Source: a virus
Virus record (IMG/VR): IMGVR_UViG_3300027791_000009
Location: 55,870 to 119,869 of that record
DNA length: 64,000 nucleotides
Reading direction: 5' to 3' (one strand)
The notes under the pieces were generated by a model. It was given only the letters and a program-made list of their open reading frames with translations, ran no database searches and was not told where the DNA came from. This document shows, in pieces, positions 10,636 through 20,166 of this stretch; within the stretch, counting starts at the first letter, position 1; each line of letters starts with the position of its first letter. Made by a program: the position numbers and the translations under genes.

Positions 10636-11666
10636 TGAATTGGATGTTTTATTTAAAAACAACCGAAACCTGCAACTTGAATTGTAAACATTGTTTTACT
10701 TCAGGTTCAAATGGTCCTAAAGTCTATTGGAATCCAGATAAAACCATTAAGTGGTTACAAGATTTCAGAAAATACAATTTTCACAAACACGATACAGCAC
10801 ATTTAGAACTACACGGTGGCGAACCGTTTTTAGTTCCTGTGTCTGAAATGCAATATGTCTATGAGAACACAAAAGATTTGTGGATTCAACAATCAATGGG
10901 CATAACTTCTAACTTAACATTTAAACTAAAACAAGAACACATTGACTTCATTAAAGGTCCACTTAAAAATAGATGTGGAACTAGTTGGGATCCTAACATA
11001 AGATTTGCAAATGAGAAACAAGCAAACTTATGGCGTAAGAATGTAGAGACTTTAATTAGTGAAGGTGTTGATATTAAACTCTTCATATCAGTAACCAAAG
11101 ACACAATTAGAATTGAACCTATTGAATTACTTAAATGGGTTAAAGATTTAGGTGTAAAAGAAATGGCACTTGAAAGATTGACTGGAAATGGTAATGCAAA
11201 CTTGCATCCAGAGATATTTCCTAGAAATATAGAACAAGATAAGTGGTTTTTAAAAATGCACGAGCAATCTATTCAGTATAACACAAGAGATTGGTTTGAT
11301 AATGAGTTTTTTGAAACAATTTACTCAAAATTTGATACTGGTTCAACAAAAGAAGGCACTTTCTGCCGAGATTGTGAACAAAAACTATTTACACTTAACG
11401 CAACTGGCACAATAGGTGGTTGTCCTAATGCAGCTCCCGAGTTTAATTTTGGAACTATAGATGACCCTCTAGTAGAACTTATAAATAGTCCTAAGAGATT
11501 AGAAAATGTTGCTTGTGAAGTAGCAAGAAATCCTAAATGCTTTGAGTGTGAAGTATTTAAGTATTGTGGTGGCGATTGTCACCAATTAGCATGGCAAGAC
11601 GACATATGTGGCGCTCCTAAATCTCTTATGAAACACTTAAAAAAACAAAGTGAGGCGAAATGGTAA
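10635..11666 (+). CDS. Radical SAM/SPASM-domain enzyme #1
   Basis: CNLNCKHC (CxxxCxxC), HGGEP, C-terminal CFECEVFKYCGGDC...C. Start reassigned from 10608 to the ATG at 10635 (TAATG coupling). Confidence 0.9.
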   Translation: MNWMFYLKTTETCNLNCKHCFTSGSNGPKVYWNPDKTIKWLQDFRKYNFHKHDTAHLELHGGEPFLVPVSEMQYVYENTKDLWIQQSMGITSNLTFKLKQEHIDFIKGPLKNRCGTSWDPNIRFANEKQANLWRKNVETLISEGVDIKLFISVTKDTIRIEPIELLKWVKDLGVKEMALERLTGNGNANLHPEIFPRNIEQDKWFLKMHEQSIQYNTRDWFDNEFFETIYSKFDTGSTKEGTFCRDCEQKLFTLNATGTIGGCPNAAPEFNFGTIDDPLVELINSPKRLENVACEVARNPKCFECEVFKYCGGDCHQLAWQDDICGAPKSLMKHLKKQSEAKW

Positions 11667-12433
11667 CTTTAAACAACCCGATAACAAGTCAAAATATAGT
11701 TGATAGATTTGAAGAACTGGTAACAGATGTAGCAGACCACCATATTGTATGGGGTACTGATAATCTACCAGGACACTCTTCATTTACTTCTGCTGATTTT
11801 GGTGGTGTTGTTGACGGATTTGAATTAACACTAACAGGTGTGACTGGAACTTATACAGCAGGTGAAACGGTTAACTCTACAATAACTGCAACAACTGGTA
11901 TCGTAGTTAGTTATTCTAGCAATGTATTAAAATTAAGAACAATTAATCCAGGTGCTGGTCAAACAGGATTCTTACAAAACGATATTATATCAGGCACTTC
12001 TTCAGGTGCTGTAGGTACGGTTAATACTTTAGCAGTAATAAGTGCTGTATCAATTGGTATCACAGGTTCTAATATCGGTAATGCAGGTTCAGTAATTACT
12101 GCAAACAATATTTACGGTACACTAAAAGCAGAAATGAATAATTATACTAATATCAAAAATACATACGCTATAGTTAGTATGACAGGTGCAGGAACACAAT
12201 ATTCGGATACACAAATTGCACACTTAACAACTGCACAAAGAACAACATTAAATCCATCACAACCTAGTAGTTTACAACCTGGTCAAACAATTGACGATAC
12301 AAATTTAGAATCGTTTATGTCGAGCCTTGCAAACGCATATTCTACTGAAAGAGGTAACACTTATACATTAACAAAAACTATATGTCATAGTAGCTGTCAT
12401 AGTAGTTGTCACGGAAGTAGAGGAAGAAGATAA
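11660..12433 (+). CDS. Virion-like protein with C-terminal CHSSCHSSCHGSRGRR tail; candidate radical SAM substrate
   Basis: Thr/Gly/Ser-rich; the only three Cys are in the terminal (CHxS)3 repeat; overlaps the end of rSAM #1. Confidence 0.6.
   Translation: MVTLNNPITSQNIVDRFEELVTDVADHHIVWGTDNLPGHSSFTSADFGGVVDGFELTLTGVTGTYTAGETVNSTITATTGIVVSYSSNVLKLRTINPGAGQTGFLQNDIISGTSSGAVGTVNTLAVISAVSIGITGSNIGNAGSVITANNIYGTLKAEMNNYTNIKNTYAIVSMTGAGTQYSDTQIAHLTTAQRTTLNPSQPSSLQPGQTIDDTNLESFMSSLANAYSTERGNTYTLTKTICHSSCHSSCHGSRGRR
12383..12418 (+). repeat. 3 x 12-bp tandem repeat encoding CHSS-CHSS-CHGS
   Basis: tgtcatagtagc tgtcatagtagt tgtcacggaagt. Confidence 0.9.
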
Positions 12434-13098
12434 TGATTAATACTATTGTACCGATTGAATTGAAAGACTTAAAAAAATACTTTGAAGATAAGACAGAAAG
12501 TTATCTTATTGATTACGAAAACAGCACATTAAAAGGTGCTCAGTTTCTAACCTATTTAAGTAATTTAGATATACCTTGTGATATATTAAATATGGACGAA
12601 GAACTAATTAGTGAATATCTTAACACACAAATGTTAGTAAATATACCTAAATTAGAAAAAGAAATAATCGCTGTATTATTTGAACACAAGGGGTTGTCAA
12701 AGACAGATAAATATAAGAGTGTTATAGAAAAGAACAAAGAAATACTTGACAAGTGGGAAGGCAAATTAGAAAGTCTACCATTGTATAATATGTCAATCGT
12801 TGGTGAAGGTGCTTTTAATGAATTTGTTGAGAGTTATCCTAAAGACGAGACAGAAGATGTTAGAGGTATTAACTTTGTTTCATTATTAAAACACAAAGAA
12901 TTTTATAGTTATTATCAAATACAAAAAGAAGGTATTGTTAAGAACTATACGAAGTACTTTAAAGATTATATGTTTAAAGGTAAATCTTTATTTGAATATT
13001 GGGCGACAGAAAGTAATCCACTATTCTTAATGACTTGGGCAATTGCCGAAGGTAAATTTGATACAAAAGAATATTTAAAAGGTAAAGAGAAAAACTAA
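12433..13098 (+). CDS. Hypothetical protein (rSAM cluster)
   Basis: 221-aa ORF coupled by TAATG to the CHxS protein; no recognised motif. Confidence 0.7.
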   Translation: MINTIVPIELKDLKKYFEDKTESYLIDYENSTLKGAQFLTYLSNLDIPCDILNMDEELISEYLNTQMLVNIPKLEKEIIAVLFEHKGLSKTDKYKSVIEKNKEILDKWEGKLESLPLYNMSIVGEGAFNEFVESYPKDETEDVRGINFVSLLKHKEFYSYYQIQKEGIVKNYTKYFKDYMFKGKSLFEYWATESNPLFLMTWAIAEGKFDTKEYLKGKEKN

Positions 13099-13099
13099 T

Positions 13100-14215
13100 A
13101 TGCTACACTTATTTAATAAAGTCTATTTAGCGTTTGACGATTCAATTGATTGTCATACAAACAGATATGTAATATCAGCAGAAACTGGTAATGAAATGCA
13201 CCAGGAACTGCAAACTACATACAGAGGAACTTTAATTAACTATTCACACAATGTTAATGCAATGGCAGGTAAGTATACTGACTTAACTGGTTTCTTTGAA
13301 GATGTAAAATTAAAACAAAGTACTCTAGGTACTAAAGTTATTATTTACTGCGATAGTGAAGCATACTTAAACTTATCAGTAACCTGGTTAAAAACTATGT
13401 TACCATTTGTTGACCAAACAGCAGTACAGAAGTTTTTAGATATTAATTTACACCACGAAAAAATTATTGCAAATACACAATTGCAACCTACTCACACGCT
13501 AGCGCTAACAAAAATTAATGCTGGTCTAGGAGATGTTGCAGGATATTTTAATGTATTACCTACACTTGATTTAGATAGAATTAAAGCTCTTAATTTAAAT
13601 TTCTCAATTGAATTATTATTAGGCGAATACTTTGCAGGTGCTGATACTCACCAAGCAAACTTATTGTCTACTTGGCATTTATTCTTAAAAAGATTTTATA
13701 AAGAAGTATTAACAGATAGTAGAGAAGGTGCTGCTCTAAATCTTTTGAATACTAATCAACAAACTGCATTAGGTTATACTAGTGATGATGTTGATTTAAA
13801 TAATGACAATCCATTTTCAGGTATTACACCATTAGCACCATTTGCTGACGAAGATGTATTTACGCAAAAACCTACTGCAAATGTAGGTGCTGTAAATATT
13901 GCAAACATTGACGGTCTTTCAACAGACAAACAAACTGCATTGAAAGCATTAATTAAAGACCTATATGATTTCCAAAACTCTCCGGATCCTGATTACTTTA
14001 TGAACCATTTAGATAAAGCTTGTGCTTCAAGTTTATCTTCTACTGACTTTGATACAATTATAACTGAAACCGTGAATAGTCCATCTAGTCTATCTTTTAT
14101 TCCTAGATTTGATATTGGAAATATTAATTATACATTTTTACAATATCTCTTCTCATTAAAGAAATCTAACGATACAGACAAACTAGGAAAATACAGACTA
14201 TTCGCAAACTCATAG
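13100..14215 (+). CDS. Hypothetical protein (rSAM cluster)
   Basis: 371-aa ORF starting 1 bp after the previous stop; no recognised motif. Confidence 0.7.
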   Translation: MLHLFNKVYLAFDDSIDCHTNRYVISAETGNEMHQELQTTYRGTLINYSHNVNAMAGKYTDLTGFFEDVKLKQSTLGTKVIIYCDSEAYLNLSVTWLKTMLPFVDQTAVQKFLDINLHHEKIIANTQLQPTHTLALTKINAGLGDVAGYFNVLPTLDLDRIKALNLNFSIELLLGEYFAGADTHQANLLSTWHLFLKRFYKEVLTDSREGAALNLLNTNQQTALGYTSDDVDLNNDNPFSGITPLAPFADEDVFTQKPTANVGAVNIANIDGLSTDKQTALKALIKDLYDFQNSPDPDYFMNHLDKACASSLSSTDFDTIITETVNSPSSLSFIPRFDIGNINYTFLQYLFSLKKSNDTDKLGKYRLFANS

Positions 14216-14223
14216 GAGTTTAA

Positions 14224-15276
14224 ATGCGAGAGTTTTTAATAGACCCCAAAAGAGACCCAGAGCAAGAGTACACTATTCATTTATTTGAATTTTGTAATTT
14301 GCGTTGTAATTTCTGTTGGCAGAACCACGACAATAAAATCGGTGTTGATAATGTGGTTGACAAACTTCCTTCTATAGAAAAATTTATCTCAAAAGAAATG
14401 TATATGAAGGTCACCTTTAATATTATGGGTGGCGAAGTCTTTGCACCTGCAATCTATAACAAAGATTTAAATGACGGATATAAACTTCTAGTAAAAGGCA
14501 TAAAAAAGATATGTCAAAAACACAATAAAGAATTTTCAATCAATTGGGTGTCTAACTTGGTTACCTCAGATGAAGGTAATGAACTTATTATGGACTTACT
14601 CACTTGGTCCAGAGAAGAAGATATACCTAGTAGACTTACAACAAGTTATGACCCACGAGGTAGATTTAATAAAAAAGACTTTGAGATATTTAAATCTAAT
14701 GTAGAATTTTGGGGTGATGAAGTAACCTGTTTTTCTTGTTTACTTACAAAGCCTAATATTAACTTTTATTTAAATGAAGGTGATGAATACTTTGACTATC
14801 TGTATAAACAAGGTAAGTATATTTACTTTGATTATTATATGCCAGATGAACACGCAAAGTTTAATATGCCTGGCGATGAACTATTATTAAAGTTTTTTAA
14901 ACATTGTGTTGACAAATATCCTAATGTTCATCCTGTTAGAGATTGGATATTTAACAAAAAGAATTATGCAAGTTGTAGAGTTTCAAAACTTGTATTAGCA
15001 GATGGTACATTATGTCAATGTGGTAACCTTGTACAAGAAGAACAAGATATAAGTCAATACAAGTCGCCCATTAAACCAAGAGACAATAGTATAATAGAAA
15101 ACTCTTTCCTAGAGAAGTATAATTGTAGTAGTTGTGAATTTTTAGATAGATGTACACTTGGCTGTTTTATGAACCATGATTATAGATACAAGGAGGAGTT
15201 GGATGAATGTGTTTACAAGCTTACGCACCGATATATCGAAGATGTACGAGTACAGCGAAACTATATCGCAAACTAA
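14224..15276 (+). CDS. Radical SAM/SPASM-type enzyme #2
   Basis: CNLRCNFC, MGGE, C-terminal CSSCEFLDRCTLGC...C. Confidence 0.85.
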   Translation: MREFLIDPKRDPEQEYTIHLFEFCNLRCNFCWQNHDNKIGVDNVVDKLPSIEKFISKEMYMKVTFNIMGGEVFAPAIYNKDLNDGYKLLVKGIKKICQKHNKEFSINWVSNLVTSDEGNELIMDLLTWSREEDIPSRLTTSYDPRGRFNKKDFEIFKSNVEFWGDEVTCFSCLLTKPNINFYLNEGDEYFDYLYKQGKYIYFDYYMPDEHAKFNMPGDELLLKFFKHCVDKYPNVHPVRDWIFNKKNYASCRVSKLVLADGTLCQCGNLVQEEQDISQYKSPIKPRDNSIIENSFLEKYNCSSCEFLDRCTLGCFMNHDYRYKEELDECVYKLTHRYIEDVRVQRNYIAN

Positions 15277-15835
15277 ATTAGGCTATAATTTTCCTAAACA
15301 TATCGAAGTACAACTAGATTACTTTCCTGTTGAGAAACCATATCTTCCTAGAATAGATGGTAGACGAGCACATATGTTTTTATGGTTAGGCAAGAAAGAA
15401 GAGGATCCTGAACTATACGAGATTGCACAAAAAACAAAAGGTGAGAGACAATGGGTTCAAAATGGTACGCCTAGCACTTATATTAAGGGCGTAGGTATGT
15501 TTCATATCTATAATGAGTATGTTATAGTCGGTTCTTTAAAATATGCAGGATACATGAAGAACAGACCTCCAACAGAAAACAGAAAACTAATTAGACAAAT
15601 GTGGTGTGATACGATAAACATATTTAAAGGTAGAGATATATTATGTCCGTCTGGTACTTACTTTGATTGGTTACACCTGACAATGAATCAAATGAGAGCA
15701 CAGAAAGAACCATATCATAGAGAAATAATGTGGCAGTTTGGTTTTGACAAAGTTAAAGAAGGTAAACTAAAAGATTACTGGATTAGAAATAAAGAATCTA
15801 CTACAGGATTGAACTGGATAGGAAAATGGATTTAA
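15242..15835 (+). CDS. Hypothetical protein (rSAM cluster)
   Basis: Track ORF 15176-15835; the in-frame ATG at 15242 reduces the overlap with rSAM #2; start uncertain. Confidence 0.55.
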   Translation: MYEYSETISQTKLGYNFPKHIEVQLDYFPVEKPYLPRIDGRRAHMFLWLGKKEEDPELYEIAQKTKGERQWVQNGTPSTYIKGVGMFHIYNEYVIVGSLKYAGYMKNRPPTENRKLIRQMWCDTINIFKGRDILCPSGTYFDWLHLTMNQMRAQKEPYHREIMWQFGFDKVKEGKLKDYWIRNKESTTGLNWIGKWI

Positions 15836-16920
15836 TAATTAAACCTACTGAACTTTGTAATTTCAAATGCTCATTTTGTTCTAGTACGCAGCTTACAGAT
15901 GAGAAAAAGAACTGGTTAAAACATGACCAGATATTTCGTTTTTTAGAAAGATTCCCAGAAACAAAAACAATCATAGTAAATGGTGGTGACCCATTAATGA
16001 TGGAACCTAATTACTATTGGAAGATTATTGATTGGTTAGATGAAAGAGAATATACTACTTCACTTGCATTAACGACAAACTTATGGCCGTTCTATAAGAA
16101 ACCTAGTAAGTGGGTTGACTTATTTAATAACGAAAGAGTTGGTATCACAACTTCTTTTCAATATGGTGGTGGTAGATTAAAAGGTGACTATTCTGAATTT
16201 ACAGAAGAGGACTTTTATAAGTGTTCAGACGCAATGTTAGAACATTGTGGTTATAGACCAGACTTTATATCCGTTATTACAAGAGAGAATGAACACAACG
16301 CAATAAAGAATGTTGAACTTGCAAAGAAGATGTCCGAACAGAAAATACCTGAAGGCACATTACATAACTTCTGGAGAGAAGAGAAGACAGGTGTAGAATG
16401 TAAATTGAATTATGCAATGGCAAGTGGCGAACAAAAAGAGCCGTTTTTGTTATCAGATATATATGAGAAGTATGTAGAGATTTATAAGGCAGGTCTAGCA
16501 CCTTGGGAGTTTAATACTAGACAGATGATGTTAGCAATAAATGATACTGCTACAAGTTGTCCGTTAAGTAGAAAATGTGATGAAGGTATAAGATGTTTAC
16601 AACCAGATGGTGACTACTATAGTTGTGGTGCATTTGGTGATGATAAAGACAAAGCGATAGACTTTGAAGAAGAAATGAAAGGTAAGTTTTTTACACCTTT
16701 ACAAGATGACTTAAATTTATCTACAATGAAGAAAAGTTGCTATAGTTGTCCTATGTTTAACATATGTAATGGTTGTAGAAAGACCGTGAAAGATTATAAA
16801 GAGGCAGGAGTTGTAGAGAAACATTGTGAGAAGATGAAAAGAATTGGAAAAGATATTTTGGTTGCAAATAATAAATCACATATAGAAATGACACCTTATG
16901 AGAGAGAATATGTTAGTTAA
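15826..16920 (+). CDS. Radical SAM/SPASM-type enzyme #3
   Basis: IKPTELCNFKCSFC, NGGDP, YYSCG, C-terminal CYSCPMFNICNGC...C. Confidence 0.9.
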   Translation: MDLIIKPTELCNFKCSFCSSTQLTDEKKNWLKHDQIFRFLERFPETKTIIVNGGDPLMMEPNYYWKIIDWLDEREYTTSLALTTNLWPFYKKPSKWVDLFNNERVGITTSFQYGGGRLKGDYSEFTEEDFYKCSDAMLEHCGYRPDFISVITRENEHNAIKNVELAKKMSEQKIPEGTLHNFWREEKTGVECKLNYAMASGEQKEPFLLSDIYEKYVEIYKAGLAPWEFNTRQMMLAINDTATSCPLSRKCDEGIRCLQPDGDYYSCGAFGDDKDKAIDFEEEMKGKFFTPLQDDLNLSTMKKSCYSCPMFNICNGCRKTVKDYKEAGVVEKHCEKMKRIGKDILVANNKSHIEMTPYEREYVS

Positions 16921-17362
16921 GAATAATGTAATGACAAGTTTAGAACTCAATCATATGATTGCTGAACTAGGTAATCTAGGTAAAGAATATCCTATCTATG
17001 AGAAGAATGTTCACAAGAAATTACCAGACGACTGGAATTGGGTAGATAGTATTTGTAAATTAAATGTACCTGACATAAAACATTGTATTGTTAGATATGT
17101 TATTTCTGTAAATAGTAAAAACGAAGAAAAGAATATTATAGGTTTTCATACAGACAGCGATGTAAAAGGAGAGAAGACTATTATATTATATCTACAAGGT
17201 GATTTAAATAAAGGTGGACAAATACAAGTTGAAGATAAGACATATGACTTTAGACAAAACGCAATGTTTATTATGGACTCTCATTTAGTACATAGGGCAA
17301 TGCCTTATTGGGGAGAAAAGACAAGACTTGCAATTAAATGGAGATGGACAAGTGAGGGGTGA
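16898..17362 (+). CDS. 2OG-Fe(II) oxygenase
   Basis: FHTD...IILYL...GG...HRA...R jelly-roll motif; may start at the second ATG (16910). Confidence 0.7.
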   Translation: MRENMLVKNNVMTSLELNHMIAELGNLGKEYPIYEKNVHKKLPDDWNWVDSICKLNVPDIKHCIVRYVISVNSKNEEKNIIGFHTDSDVKGEKTIILYLQGDLNKGGQIQVEDKTYDFRQNAMFIMDSHLVHRAMPYWGEKTRLAIKWRWTSEG

Positions 17363-17873
17363 ACACGATTTATCAAATCTGGTAATAAATGGAGTGTGGC
17401 CACATAAAGACCTTGCACCATTTAAATTCTTTGAAGGTATACAAATACCTTTTGTAGAAACAGATAAAGAGTATACGATTGCTGTACATACTGAAAAGGT
17501 AGCACACGCACTCGCCACAACCCACAAATATTTGGGTGATAAATATATTAGTAAGGTGTCTAGTAAATACGAATTACACGGACGACCAAACATTGTCAAT
17601 GGTGTAGACTATGAAAGTACACTATGGCACAATGACTTGAAAGAAGGAGCTAACATTGCTATACTAATGTACTTTACAAATGCCTGTAATGAAGAACAAG
17701 GTGGTTCTTTATCAGTAAGACATAAACAAACAAAGTCATTGTCTTGTTGGTTATATCCAGGTAAGAACGATTTAATATTTTTAAATCATAGTAAAGTATG
17801 GGAACACAAAGTTGGTAAATTTAAATTAATTAACAATGAACGAATTGTAGGATGTTTTAATTATAATATATGA
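17328..17873 (+). CDS. 2OG-Fe(II) oxygenase
   Basis: WHND...ILMYF...GGSL...EHKV...R; start uncertain. Confidence 0.65.
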   Translation: MQLNGDGQVRGEHDLSNLVINGVWPHKDLAPFKFFEGIQIPFVETDKEYTIAVHTEKVAHALATTHKYLGDKYISKVSSKYELHGRPNIVNGVDYESTLWHNDLKEGANIAILMYFTNACNEEQGGSLSVRHKQTKSLSCWLYPGKNDLIFLNHSKVWEHKVGKFKLINNERIVGCFNYNI

Positions 17874-18430
17874 AAAATAAAAAATTTGAAAACGGCAGAA
17901 TACACGCCTCACAAGAACAAGATTTAGATTATTCAAATGGGTATCTAGCTCTATCAGTAAGTCCATTTGACAAAGACTTTGACATTGAAGTTGAGAAAGG
18001 TGTATTACCTCATTGCCATGAATTTATTAGAAAAGGTTTTCTTCCAATATCAAGTTGCGAAGGACATTTTACAAAGAAACACCATATGCCATTTTATATA
18101 ATGTTGGCGTTAGGTGGTAAAAACAAATTAGATAGAATAACAGATATCATTAATAAAACAAAACATATATCTGGTATATCATATAAAATAAAAGAACAAC
18201 AAGCAAATGTAAAGGGTGAACTATTAGAACGAGTAGATTACACTTTAGATAAAGAACAAGAGTATGCTGAACTGAATAGATTGTTTATGAGAAATCATAT
18301 TGACTATCATTATCTATGGATAGGACTATTTGAAAAAGAAACAATTTTAAGAAATATTTTGTTTAGTAGAAGTAAAAGAATGTTATTAAAGTCTATTGAG
18401 GAATTGAATTATGACGAAGCGGAAAATTAA
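17870..18430 (+). CDS. Hypothetical protein with SSCEGH motif
   Basis: 186-aa ORF overlapping both neighbours; GFLPISSCEGH. Confidence 0.6.
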   Translation: MKNKKFENGRIHASQEQDLDYSNGYLALSVSPFDKDFDIEVEKGVLPHCHEFIRKGFLPISSCEGHFTKKHHMPFYIMLALGGKNKLDRITDIINKTKHISGISYKIKEQQANVKGELLERVDYTLDKEQEYAELNRLFMRNHIDYHYLWIGLFEKETILRNILFSRSKRMLLKSIEELNYDEAEN

Positions 18431-19382
18431 TCTATCAATCAATCCATCTTATTTTTGTAATTTTAGATGTAATTGGTGTTATCTTACGCCTGACCAATTA
18501 GGTGATAATAAATGTATTGACCACTTTAAATTAAGTGAACTATTAAATGAAGTACAAACTCATAGAGACATAGAACACATTGATTTATATGGTGGTGAGA
18601 TAGGTGTATTAAAAGAAGACAACCTAGAAAAGATTACTAACGCAATTAAGATATATTACAAAGACAAGATTAATATAAACACAAACTTATCTATGGTAAG
18701 AAGTGAGTTTATGAATCCTGATTATTTTATAAGTGTTAGTTATGATATGGAGACCAGAGAGAAACACGAACAAGTTTATGATAATATGAGAACTTTGCCT
18801 GTTGAGTTTTCTGTTTTAATGTTGGCAACACCAGAAGTTATGAAAATATCAACACAAAGTATTTGGTCAAAGATGATTAAATTAGGTGTAGATAATAAAA
18901 ACTTTAAAGGATTTGAAATTAAACCTTATAGTACAAATCAAGCAAATCAATTAGGTGCGACACACGCTGACTTTGAAGACTTTATAATAAAGATGATAGA
19001 AGAATTTAAAAGTGTAAAAACAAGAGAAGGATATCAGCAAAATAAATTTGCATTTATTAATGAAGAGAACATAAAAGATTCTCTTAATCATCAATACAAC
19101 GCATATAGTGATGACCACTTATATATTACACCTAATGGTAAATTTGCTGTATTAGATTTTGATAAAGATGATAATGAGTATTTTTTAGAACTTGATAGTT
19201 TTGCTGATTACGAAGTATGGTGTCAAAAAGAGAAAGAACAAAATATTTCTGATATATGTCGTAAGTGTGAATATTTAGGTAGATGTTTAACTGAACACTA
19301 TAGATATGTTAAAACTCTAAAAGATGGTTGCAATGGATATAGGTATCTGTTAGATACTTATAGTTTTAGATATGGCAAATAG
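18411..19382 (+). CDS. Radical SAM enzyme #4 with Cys-rich C-terminus
   Basis: CNFRCNWC, YGGE, C-terminal CRKCEYLGRCLTEH...C. Confidence 0.85.
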   Translation: MTKRKINLSINPSYFCNFRCNWCYLTPDQLGDNKCIDHFKLSELLNEVQTHRDIEHIDLYGGEIGVLKEDNLEKITNAIKIYYKDKININTNLSMVRSEFMNPDYFISVSYDMETREKHEQVYDNMRTLPVEFSVLMLATPEVMKISTQSIWSKMIKLGVDNKNFKGFEIKPYSTNQANQLGATHADFEDFIIKMIEEFKSVKTREGYQQNKFAFINEENIKDSLNHQYNAYSDDHLYITPNGKFAVLDFDKDDNEYFLELDSFADYEVWCQKEKEQNISDICRKCEYLGRCLTEHYRYVKTLKDGCNGYRYLLDTYSFRYGK

Positions 19383-20166
19383 AGCGTTTCTTATAGGCAA
19401 TGGTCAAAGTAGAAAAGGTTTTAAATTTTCTACTATTCAAGGACGAGGTGTTATCTTAGGTTGTAATAATCTGTACAAAGATTTTGCACCTGACATTTTA
19501 GTTGCAATGGACCATCCTGTTATGCACAGCATTTATCATTCAGGTTATAGTTATACGGCTAAATGTTATTTTAGAGATTGGAATCCTGTACCACACGAAC
19601 ATTACGAGAATATGGTAAATGGTTTCTTTCCTGGGTATAGACATATAAGAGCAATTAGGAATTCAGGTTTACTTGTAGAAAATCAAAGAGTAGGTTCTAA
19701 TAGTTTTGTTTTGCACGGATACAATGATAAAGAAACAGGAAAGAATATGGTCAACATTAGTTGGTTGACAGGTGATAAAGTAAAAAGTTTTACAGATTTA
19801 GTTGACGGTGGTGACGAGTTAACTTGGGCAACAGGTCCTGCAAGTGGTTTTGTTGCTTGTAAAGAAGTAGCAGAATTGAAAGAAGTTTACCTAATAGGAC
19901 ACGACATATATAGTATGTCAAATAAATTTAATAACATATATGCTGGACAACCTTATTACAAGTCTGATAAACACCCTAGTCAATATTACTTACAAAATTG
20001 GATATTACAATGGCGTCAACTCTTCAAGTCGTATCATTCGGTAAAGTTTTATAAAGTAAATAGACAGAATATGTTAAATGTTAATATTCCGGAATGGAAT
20101 GAATGTAAGAATGTGGAGTATATAAGTTATGAGAGAATGGAAACTCAAACAAGAAGTATATCATAG
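19372..20166 (+). CDS. Putative glycosyltransferase-like (Maf/DUF115/sialyltransferase-like fold) protein
   Basis: AFLIGNGQSR...GCNNLYKDFAPDILVAMD...ATG...VYLIGHD pattern. Confidence 0.5.
   Translation: MANRAFLIGNGQSRKGFKFSTIQGRGVILGCNNLYKDFAPDILVAMDHPVMHSIYHSGYSYTAKCYFRDWNPVPHEHYENMVNGFFPGYRHIRAIRNSGLLVENQRVGSNSFVLHGYNDKETGKNMVNISWLTGDKVKSFTDLVDGGDELTWATGPASGFVACKEVAELKEVYLIGHDIYSMSNKFNNIYAGQPYYKSDKHPSQYYLQNWILQWRQLFKSYHSVKFYKVNRQNMLNVNIPEWNECKNVEYISYERMETQTRSIS

Noticed and set aside
11660-12433. CHSSCH read as a c-type haem-binding motif linking it to the haem cassette
   Set aside because: The spacing is Cx3CH rather than canonical CxxCH, there is no signal peptide, and the neighbours are rSAMs rather than cytochrome maturation genes. 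Unlikely, though not impossible.
10635-19382. rSAMs as QueE, MoaA or NrdG housekeeping or 7-deazaguanine genes
   Set aside because: No queC/queD/folE, moa or nrdD neighbours in the window; all four have Cys-rich C-terminal extensions more like SPASM maturases. Not formally excluded without HMM searches.
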